64,000 nt of DNA. Origin: Ascidiella aspersa (lineage: Eukaryota). Of the stretch, positions 14,199-26,100 are shown one piece after another (within the stretch, counting starts at the first letter, position 1; the number at the start of each line of letters is the position of its first letter). Below the pieces are notes generated by a model. The model saw nothing but the letters and a program-made list of their open reading frames with translations. It ran no database searches and had not been told where the DNA came from. The stretch covers positions 8,680,001-8,744,000 of the forward strand of contig OZ004607.1 in the NCBI GenBank assembly GCA_963924565.1, read 5' to 3'. The translations under genes and the position numbers were made by a program.

Positions 14199-17100
14199 AT
14201 GTTGTGCATGTTTGACGAGAAGCCAACAAATGTCAAAAAGTAAGTTGCCTTTTCTGAACTTTCAAAGCTCTATAATGATGTTAATCCGCACATATTGTTT
14301 TGCCGACTTCCTAACTTAAAAGAAATATTATATTAGCTGTCTTTTTTTGAAAATTTTAAAAAATTTGAAATAATGTTTGAAATTTTAAACGGTTCTCAAC
14401 TATAATTTTGTTAAAACAGGCAAATTAGAAGGGAGAAGAGCAGAAATGCAGCCAGGCACCGCAGGAACAAGGAGTCGAAAATGTTCGATGAGATCACGGA
14501 CATGCTCCCAATGCCACACGACCTTGTCAGCAACCTTGACCGGTAATTTTTTTAATGGCCATCGAAAGTGCATGTTTTTGTATCATGAATAAGATTTTTT
14601 AGTGTATTACAGTCTTTTGTATGTATGTAAGACTTGTTTATGTCACATTAGGTGCCTTTTGTTTAAAAAACAGTTGCTATAAATTTCTGCATTTTGTTCT
14701 CCACCGCTGGCACATATTTTTGTAATAATCCAGTGCGTTTTCTCTTAAAATGTAGTGGCAAATATGACAATTGTTAAATATTTTTGTAGTTTTTTTTTTC
14801 ATTAAAACACAACCCAATCCCCCAAAACAGAATTGCAACTTTTGTACTGTGCATTTTCTCCAACATAATAAATTCCCTGTTCATATGTTAATCCTTCACC
14901 CTTTCTTTCTTCCAGTTCATCCATTATGCGACTGGTAAACAGCTTTATCCGACTGAGACAAAGTTTAATCAGGGATCCAGCAAATCCTTACACACTAGAT
15001 AAAGAAGGTGGGTTCTACTGGTTCTTGAATTTTGAGCTAATTCAACCACCAGTTTCAAGGATTTTACAAAAGTAAATTTTAAAACTTTTTAATTTTAGAT
15101 TTAACTGTGAAGCAAGAGGTTCTAGCTGACAACTCACACTTAGTGGCCAGCGACGATTTCGTCAACGCTTTGAACGGCTTTCTTTTTGTTTTATCCTCGG
15201 ACTTTGATATACTCTTTGTGTCGGAAAATGTGAAAGCCTATCTGGGCCTCTCCAAGGTAAATTTAGGCCAGTGACTTCGTAGGTGTTTAGCTCAACATTT
15301 ATAGCAACATTGCTTCATGATTTGTATTGAACTCTTTTCAGTTTGATCTTGTCGGCCAAAGCGTTCTTTCATTTGTCCACGAGGGAGATCATGATGAAGT
15401 GAGGGAGTGCTTCAACGATACAAAGGGTGAGATTACGTTTTGGTAATGTCAAGTTATTATTTCTGTGTGTCAATCATAGCATAAACATACACTAAAAATA
15501 TAGTGTGTCACTGTGTAATACGCTGGTTTTACCCTCTCTAAAGACATTATAATTTTTTTTTTGAGATTAGAATATAATACTTAATCAAAGCTTAAAACCA
15601 GGCGTTCTTAAGCTAGGGACGCTTTCAAAAGTGCAGCTTGAAAGGGTTATCAAGGGGACATAGGGACTTCCTGTGAAAGCCTGATTAGCAACAGTTTGTT
15701 TTTAATTTCTTGTGTGCTGTTGATACAAATTGAAAAACCTTGACGCTGTATAATGCAGGTCATATCGAATTAACAGTAATAGTGAAATCACACAGGCTTT
15801 GTGGCCATGAAACATATCGTTTAAAGGACAGGCCGCGAGTTTCAATAAACAGTATCAAAGGGGGTGCCAAGCAAAAAGTTGAGAAATCTGTGATTTTAAC
15901 TGATTTTTTACCACTTTTATCCTTGGCAGAGATCCAGTCGCGACGGTCGTTCTTTCTGCGCATGAAAAGCACGCTGACGGTCAGCGGAAAGAGCATCAAC
16001 CTTAAATCCGCCGCCTACAAGGTAAGACGATCCCATTCGGACATGGCCTTCCGTGCGTTCATTCATAAATGAAAGCAATCCTATTTGGGCTTGCGACACA
16101 TGAAACTTAACTGTCGTCATTGCGCTGTACATTGTTTTGAAAAACCGATTGTCCATAGACTGCTGTTTCTCGAGCTTTTAAATCCCTGAAGAAGCTTCTA
16201 GAGTCTGTGATTAGAATGTTTGTATAAGTAGGGACTTGAAATGTCATTCTTCTACACTACTTTGAAATTTTTAAGTATGGGAGCGCTGCTACTAACATGA
16301 CTATCATTCCTTCCTAATTGCTAAGATTTTGCCTTATTTTAGCTGCTGTGTCGTCTTGTTTATTCTAAATGTCACGATCTTTTTTGCATTTGCCGTTTGC
16401 TTTTCAAGCACCTTAGTTTAAATCAGTTATGATAGGGTTGTATAACTGTATTAAGCGTTTTGCAATACCACATTTAAATTTTTTAAAGTTGGTTTTGGGG
16501 GTTGATAGCTTGTCCTTATTTTGATTAAATGGCTGGCTATTCAGCCACCATCGCGATTTAAGGTGAGAATGAAATCCTTTGGCGATTTTGACTTGGTGCT
16601 GACTGACAGTTACAAGCGATTACTGTGGCTGCTGTTCGACTAGTTCGAGCGGCCATTGCCCGTCGAATTAGCTGCACGTACGCACCTCTCATTTATTTTC
16701 TCTTTAAACTCTGCGCCTTCTCTCATACGTCACTGCTCCGAGTAGGAAAGTAAGAAAAAACGAGCGAGAGAGAGAGAAAGACAGAGAAATGGAGCCGTGT
16801 AATTTTAGATGTAGCCAGTAGCTGGGAGCATTCACGTCGTGGTGATTCCCCTCCGTGTCAGGCCACCTCTCTATCTCTCCATGCCATCGCCGAACGCTGC
16901 AATGCAATTAGGATTTAGGCCGGTGTTTGTCCTGTTTTGAGCTTTCCTTGAATCAATCCGGCTTGGCCCGTCAGAGCGGCGGTGTGCGTTTATCTCTTTT
17001 AACCTGTCCGGGAGTCTTTCGTTTCGCATTTTTTTTCTTACCGGCATGACTGCGCGTTAAGCGTGGTTTTGGAATAGTCGCAAACTTTAGCGCAAAGCCG

Positions 17101-20100
17101 CAATTCAAAAGCTGCTGTTTTTGTCGTTAAAGACTTCCGCACAACAATCACTATTAAGGCGGTAATCAATGGGCTGTCCGTTTTGCGTTGCCCGAAGTGT
17201 GCTGTTTCTAACCCGCGTTCGCAATCGTGGTAAAAACCGAAATTACGCAGTTGTTTGTTGTTTGCTACTAAGGGATCTGAAAACCTTGATTAGCAAGACA
17301 TTACCTAATGGTTTTAGTGACAAATTTTTATTGTATTTTGCTTTGTATCACTTGTTTACTGTTCATCGTAACTTGTGTAAAAAAAATTTTTTTTTCTGAA
17401 ATTAGCATTTAAGGTCGTAATATTTTAACTACTCTTTATTCTGTTGCTCTTATCGAAAGGACCCTTCAGCTTAAATTCTTTTTTTTTACAAGAAAGCAAG
17501 TTGCAAAAAAAATATAATAATGAGTTGCATTTAAATAACATTTGGATTTTAAATTGTTTAAGACTTGCAAGTAGTAATAAAAGATATCATAGCAATTAAG
17601 TCAAACGTAAAATTTACTTTGTGGATATTACCCATTGTTCAACCACGGTTCTACGTCTTTTTCCAATATCGGACATTTTTTAATCCGTTTTAAGAAGTCA
17701 TCAAAGATACTATATCAATTTTGTCTAAAATTTTCTTCTGTGACACGTAAAATTTAACTTTTAAAGTATCCTCACACTTAATAAACAAACCATTGCTCTA
17801 GATTGTTGTCACAGTCTGATTTGGTATCAGTTCGCCATCAATCGTCTATGGTTTTCGTTTTAAGTGGTAATCAGAGAACATTATATTATAAACGTTGTTC
17901 AAATTATCTTTTTATAACATGTAAAAAATTGTTTTTCGGGTATACCTAATGTGTAAAAAAACACATGAGTTTTGCATGTGTGTTAATTGCTTAAATACCA
18001 AGTCGTCATTTTAGTTATTCGCCTTTAGTCCGACGACAGGTCGCAGACGTTCGTCCCATAGCGCCCGCCGTCTTTGCAAATTGCGCAACCGCCAGGCGCA
18101 AGTCGAAAGGAATTTTGTTTTGACGCCGCCGCTGTGGCCCAAGTGGGACACGAAGCCGGACATTCCGACCCGGTGCCTACGTCATTCGTTACCCCTGGGT
18201 ACAGAAGGCCAGATGTGGGCGGGGTCGCCCGTGGCGCGCTCACCATTGGTCAATTCCGCTAATATGCTGAGCATATTCATAGCACTCGTGTTTACGCCGC
18301 GCGGGTTTCCGAGATTTTGCTTTGGTAAATTTATAATGCCGAGGCTAAAAACTCAATTTAGTTTTTGACGCCGTATTGTATTACACTTGTGGTTAACGCT
18401 TTTTTGTATTTTGCGTAAGCGTTGAAGTCGAAGTTTTAAAAGTGGTTTATTGCATAAATCGTATTCCACCAAAGCAATTAAGACGAATAGCTTAAAACAA
18501 ATTATTTTATATTTTTTCTTTAAATAACAAGTTTTGCGACGATTAGCACATTCGTGATTTACAGTACATTTTTTAACGATTTGCGTTGGGTTGCAAATTT
18601 TTCTGAGTAAAAGTGGTTTCAATAATATTTTAATATTTGCATTTTAGGGCCAAATATATAAATTTAAGTTATGGTTTTACTTCCCCACAAAAAATGCTAT
18701 TTGCGATACATGGTGAAAAGGTACGACTGACCCATATTTTTGTAAAATTCACTGCCATTACAAACAATGTTTTTTTTATCTTAACCAATCCCAATCTTTG
18801 CATATCGTTAAATGGGCGCATTGACATTAAGTTTTATCTCCAGGCTATGCCATGGTTAGCTGCGCCAACCGTTATAGCTCATTGCCAGCACGATTGCTGA
18901 AAAACAACCAGCTTAAAAGTGTATTTGCGTTCGACATCACAGCGTCCATCTGCAAAATATTGTTTTCGATTTTGGACGATGCGAGCAAACCGGTGATAAA
19001 ACGAGAATCTTCGAGAATGGAAAGAGAACGGATCCTATTTCTCTTTTATGATTTTCTCTTTCTATTCCAACCCTCTCTCTTCTAAACTGTTTCTCCCTTT
19101 CTCTTTGTTTTCTCTCTCTCACCTCCCTTTCTCTCTTTCCCTTTCTCCTCTCTCGCTCGTGTTTGTCGCCGCCTGAAGGGCTTTGACCGTTGCCCAAATA
19201 AACACTTCGCTGACGCTTAACACCGCCTCTGGCGTTTTTAAGAACACCAAACCCTACCTGCTGTGATCACGCCATTATGCCCTGTTAATCTCTAGCGATA
19301 TTTTCAATCAAATTTACGGTCGATCGGCTGACTTTTCTAACCTTTTGTGTTTTTGTTTCTTTAGGTGCTGCAGTGCACCGGTTTTCGGGAGAATGCAAAA
19401 GGTGGGCAAACGATCTTTGTGTTAGTTTTAATCGCCTATTGTTTTCGATTTTATGCTGTCTGAATTTAATTGATTGAAAAATTCATTCATGCGTGTTGAT
19501 ATTAACAGGATTAGGCCTGGGGTGTACATACAATGTAAGGCAATGGTCTTCATGTAAATGTGTTACAATTACAATAAAGCCATAAAAACGAGGAGGTTTA
19601 TTGCTTTGGTAACAATCAGGGATGCAACACACAAAAAATACCATTTTAATCTGTATAACTTTAACTAAATATATTAACGTGTTTGTTCTAAGAGGATTGA
19701 AAATGAATAATAGCCATTTTCATGATTTTAAATCTAACCATGTACTATTCTTGCTTGGTGAACAATGAATGGCTGGTGTTTTTAGTTTGATTTAAATTTT
19801 ATGCAATCAGAAATTTTTGTTTAACTTTTATCAGCCTATTTAACTAACTACCTTCAACCAATAAGAAAATTTGGGATTTAGAAGGGCACAAACTCTTTTA
19901 TATTAAAGGATTTCAATTGTTTTGTAGATTACTTTTTTTAAAGTATTCAATATTTGATTGTACATTGATATCTGATACTGTGATCTAACCAGTCGTCAGT
20001 TGATTTAATCTATTTAAACTTTTTAGGCAACGATGGCGGCTTGTTTGTTGTCCAAGCAGAACCCATTCCCCACCCCTCTAACATTGAGCATTTCATGGAC

Positions 20101-23100
20101 AGCAAAACCTTTCTCACTCAGCACACTCCTGACATGAAGTTCTCCTACTGCGATCAAAGGTATGTGGCCTACTTAAAAAAATGAGTTTTATTATTGCTTT
20201 TTTTCAGTTTTTAATGTTTAAAACTTTTTCAGTTTTAAATACATAACTCTAAAGAATTACAGCCATCTGATAAAATGCCTAGTATTTTTGATGATTTCAT
20301 TTATTTTTGAATATATCTTTATGTTGCCATTTGCTTGTTTGCCGTGTGGCGAAATTAATTCACAGTATTGCGACAAATGAACCTCAACTGATTGTCCTTT
20401 ACTTATTATTTGTTCAGTAAGCCACCTTTGCCTGTTTAATTTGTACAGCTGTAATTGTGTAATGGCATTCAACACAATGTAGATTTTAAGCAAGCTAGGA
20501 TAATTTAGCAGATTGCCTTGCCCTTCTGGATCCTTCCTTCCTTTCTTTGAAGTGCAGCCGTGAACTGTGCGACAGTCATTCAAATTCTATCGGCAGCTTG
20601 CCTTATGCCAAAAAATCCCCGCCAATCTGTTCTGACCGTGACATGCCATGAAGTGAATAAGTTCCCCTCTCATATCTCACGAGATCGATTACCCAGCTTA
20701 ATTTGCCAAAATACAAAAGCTGTATGTGGCTATAATAGTATACTATTCTGCATAAATAAGAGCATGGATTCAAAAGATTCTGTTGTGTTGTTTTAGCATA
20801 ACCGAACTTCTCGGCTATCATGAGAGCGACATGCTGGGCAAGTCCTTCTATGAGTACTGTCATGTCCTGGACATCAAACCAATTGAAGATTTTTTCCATA
20901 AATGTAAGTTCTCTCGTCAAGTTTTGTGATGTAGTAATTAGGCTTGTAGTATGATTATAACGTATATCGTGGAATTAACATCTCTAAGCACATACAGTTG
21001 AACAGATTTCTTAAGGGCAGTGGCTGCCAACCTTTTAGTTCACAGACCTTGTTAAGCAATTGTCATGCTTATAGACCTTTAATTTATTTATAATCACCCT
21101 AGCCATAAATAAAGTATATCTACTTACTTCAAATGTAATTTGTAGTCGAACAATATGCTCAAAACATACAATATGGCTTTTCATTTGAAATAATGCGAGT
21201 TTTCAGTATGATCGTGGACCTTCTGGAAAAGTTTTGTTGGTCGAAACGATCATGATTTGGAACCACTGCTTTAGCATAAAGGAACGGAACTATAATATCC
21301 TCAACAGATTATTTTACCTATTTAGATTTAAGTATTTCGGTCTATTTATTTTCCTACTGAAGCCAAAACCCTAAACAGTCTACCATCACTGTACTACTTT
21401 TTACTCTTCAATAGAATTCATACTTCAATGAAATTATCCTTTTTAGAATTTTTTTGTTTTTTATGTGAAACAGTGTATCGGATCAACCAAATCGAAACCA
21501 CGCAGTATCGCTTCCTGGCCAAAACCGGGGGATACCATTGGGTGGTGACGCAGGCCACCGTCATACCGTGTCCCAAGAAACAGAAACCGCAATGTATTGT
21601 GTGCGTTCACTTCGTCCTGAGGTAGGCCGTCCTTGCCGTTGACAGTTCGTTGAACAGTGTTTTCACTTCTTTGTGCTGTAAAGTCTTGGCGATACTGTAG
21701 TCAGCTGTGTTGGCATTACATTAACGACTGTAGTTTTCTGGGTAAAAACTAAATGTTTAAATTTCCATTGTTTTATTGAGTGGACCTTGAACATTTTGCG
21801 TACTTTCATTTATTAGTGTTGTGGAATTTGATCCTAACCATAGTCAAACGATTAAGTTTGAAATTCCCTGTTCTGCCCATATCTTTATAAACTCTGCGTT
21901 TCTCTTCTTTTGCAACGCCAAATTCGTTCAAAAGCTATAAAGTCAATTTCCCATGCTGCCTCTGAAACTCAAAGCTAGATAAATTACCCGAATTACAGCA
22001 TGCTGTGCGGGTTTATATTTTGTTTACGCGGATGCTGTTGTAAATGTTGTTGATCTGTTGGCCCGTGTAGTTCGCCTAAATCTTGTTAACGTGTTATTCT
22101 TCCTGTATTCGCAGCGAACCAGTTCTTCCACACAACGTGTTCTCTGTGGACCAACAGAACTGCACCGGCCTCATGTCATACGTGGACGAAAAGGTGCGTT
22201 CGCTTTTTATGTCAAGCTAATAGAACATGATTCAAACACACAGATTGTGGCGTTTAGCAGGCTTGCCACAAAGTTTTTGAATAATGAAAATCCTTGGATT
22301 TTTTAACAAAGCGTTGTGTTTTGCAATTTTTTGGCATTGTAAATATTTGTAGACTTTTCTGTCCTAATCAAAGTCAGTATTTTTATAAGATGGCAGGAGA
22401 AATGTGAACAGTATTTCTATTGTTTTATGTTTAACGTATGTGTTTAGAAAGTCGTTGTAAAACAAACTGTGTGTTACAGTGTTTGCCATGGCATTTATAA
22501 ATACTCCCGTGTTTTCGATCTTATATTCGAAGCACGTCGATAAATCCAATTTTAGGTCTTTGAACAGCCATAAATTTTCTTTGAAACTGCTTTAAACGCC
22601 TTTGAATGTCTTTCATAAAAACGTGTGGCAACCTCGTTAAGTCAGGTATATATGACAGCTCAAACTCGTGGTTGGTAAATAGTTGACCAAGCTTGAGTTG
22701 TTTGCCAAGGGTAAACGCTCAAATTTCCTGAGCTCGTTTCCCAATCAACTTGCCTTTGACGATCGATAATCACTGACTGTCGGTTGTAGATCACTTTAAG
22801 AACTCACAAGCAGTGTAACATAATGAACAAAAGCGAACGGATTGTACAATCGAGAGCAATATAGGATTCCCCTGTCCATAGTTCACTAACTGTCATAAGC
22901 TCTTTGTTGAGTTTTAATTATTAGTTCCATATATTTTTTTAGCATTTTGTTAGATGGTCACGGTCTGTTTCACTGAATCCGGCACTCAATTTTTGTATTT
23001 TTAACCGTACTATTTTTGTTCCACTTGACTATAACGCCTTTCGTACGTTTTAACCGTAAAAGTGGGAGGGGATCTACTATTATTGTGAGTGAAAACAAAT

Positions 23101-26100
23101 AAATTTTATGCCAAAAGGTCTACATGCCCGAGGGCTAAAGCATTTGCCTGGACACTAAAGGTCAAAAGTATTGTTTGACGTCTGTAGTAGAAATCCACCA
23201 AAACGATCTATAAATTACCTTATTCCACCAAATTCGTTTGTATTTTGTAACACTCTGAAATGCTAGCTACTTAAAGAAACATAAATCTAAGGAATTCTTA
23301 TAGACAGTTTTAAGAGAAAACAGCATGCTTTTAAACATCCTACATTGTAACACCGAATTTATTTGTATTTTGCAACACCTTTAAATGTTAGTTATTTAAA
23401 AAACTAGAGGTCTGAGGAATTCATAAAGTTTTAAGAAAGAGAAAACGACACGATTGAAACGTTGGTTACATTTTGACACCGCATTCTGTCGGTCCTATGG
23501 TTTTGTTTCCCTTTCAACAGGCTGAACTTGTTGTTGCAGGAAAAGGCAGAAGTGGAAAAAGCTTATTTGGAAAACAGCCTCAGCGAAATCGCACCGTCGC
23601 GGCGTAAGTACCGATTTTCGTACCAAGTCCGTTTTAAAACGGCCCCCTGAAAAGCTTTAATATATTAATTGAACTGCTCAAAAAACGAGCATCGACCGCG
23701 ATGTTGACAGCCTTATCGTTTGGGCAAACGTCGATAAAAATGATTCCATTGTTCGTTAAAATGAAGTGGACGAATCCGTATCAGTGCACAAACGCTTCGT
23801 GTGCCGTTGTCAACCCTCGCTCTTAATGAAGCTGTCCCGCTATATAAGGCCTTTGTGTTCCCACCGGAATTAACCATTAACCAGCAGTTCGAGCTACGAT
23901 TTCTTTAAAAGCATAACCTTGAGCGTTGGACGCTGCCCCTAAGGCAGACACAACACCCTTTTATAAGCTTACGACAACCGAGGACTTTGAAATTGACAAG
24001 GAACTGCATAACACACCGGCTTCTGTTTATATTGAACAACATTGATAAACGTAACCCATTATTAGCTTTGCTGGTCAACTTTGGCTTACTAACGGTCTTT
24101 CTTTTGTTTAAACAGCAATGGAGGATCCAGTCTACAACGAATGTCGCGTTGTGCCGCTCGAATTTTCAGATCTGGACGACAATGATGGTAAGTTAGTAAC
24201 AGTTGTTATAACACTGTGCTACAGAATCTATATTCGAATTCACCGCCGTAATTGTGAATATGTCCAACCAGACTTGGACAACTAGATTTATTTTAGCTTT
24301 TCAAAATTAAATCATTTCATTTTTTTCCAAACTAGATTAGAATTATAATTAGATCATTTTAAGTTTTCTCATATTAGATTAGAATTAGAATTACCAAATT
24401 CGTATAAAAAACGAATTAGAACTAGAATTACATTTATTATTCACAATGAATTTAATTTAAATCGCATTATTTTCATAAGAATCTGAATGCTAAGTATTCC
24501 TGTTCTGATGTTATTCCTTTTAGCATAGCCTATATGCTTTTCAAAAATTACACACAAGTCGTTCAGACCAAAGAGTTTTAGTTCAAATTCTTTGTTTCGA
24601 CTGAGATACTAAAAATGCTGTGGGACAAAGTAGAATTTTTTTGGTTAAATCCGAATTAGAACTAGAATATCGCACATATGGAATTCTCAAATAAGATTAG
24701 AATTAGAATTAGACGCATTTTTCTCTTATGCATTGAACTAGAAAACTAGAATTATTTAGTTGTCCCAAGTCTGTGTCCAACTTAAAAAACTTCCTTTCTT
24801 TTTTAGGTTTGATCGAATGCAAGATCGTTCCGCTTCAGTTCACCGACATGGACGAGAGTGACGGTAAGAGAATATTCGAGAAAATTAACTCGCTTTGCGT
24901 GTTACGTCACGCCACGTCATTTTTTTATGACGTAATCGTTTACGTGGCTCGCGAGAAGGAGCGTGCGATAATTGCTATTAAACTCATAAGGCAATTGCCA
25001 CTGTAAATTGTATAGTTGACCCACAAGTCTATAATAAATATTCATTAAAAACCATACAAATGTACAACACACGGTCAATTTCCAGTAGAGTCGGCTCATC
25101 TGACTTAAATATTCATCAAAAAGAATAAAGTGTGTAAATCACAGTCATAAGGCAATTACCAATGTAGTGTGCCAGCCAGGTTAAACAATCAGCACAAAAA
25201 ATACGGTAAAAAAAAGTATATTATATCTGTTGAAACGTGTAACTTTTGGGTATAACGCAATTTGAATTGGTCGATCAGACTAAATGTTCATCAAAATTTT
25301 TTTTAAAGTGTAAATCATGGAAGGCAATTACAAATTACACTGAATTCGCCGCACCTGGTTACTTAAAAATCAATAAACCCCCAATAAAACAAATCAAAAA
25401 CACGTATAGACCATACCATTGTTATAATTATAAAGCAATCGCATTGGATTTCGGCACCAGGTCTGTCTTAAATATCAATCGATTACAACACTCGTGTGGT
25501 ATAATAATATAGACCGTCGTTTCTTAGCGAAAGGCAGCTAGCCTTTTCAGTCTTCACCCTAAATGAGCTTGTGTCTAATTGGGTCAGTTCAGCTGGTGTA
25601 TGTATGACGTACCCAAACAATCAAGCAATTCAAATTTTCCATTTGATATATACACAACCGACAAATGGTTATATTGTTTATCATAAAAAAACAAAAGACT
25701 AGCACCATAAAAGTAAAGTAAGTTGAATGTTAAGGCACCACGTGGCCAATGACCTTGTACAGCAGTGTTTTTTCAACCTTTTTTTCGCGGCCAACCAAAT
25801 ACTAAGCGTTAAGTCCAACAGCAAAGCTTTGGCGACCCTTTTCTCCAGACTAAAAGTTTGTAATAGAAGATAAAGGCGAATAGCACGAATTAATACGACT
25901 GTAAAAAATATGTCCGCTGTCTTCCTATTTCTCCCACAGTTTTTCAGATTTTTGCGCATCTTGCTCAGAACCTTTTGTATAAGGACAAAACATAAGACTT
26001 AGAGCATAAATAAATTCTCACAGTTTTTATCAAATTCTTTGATATTCTTGTTAATAACGAATGTTAACAAATCGAACCATGTGAACCATTGCAGTCGGCG

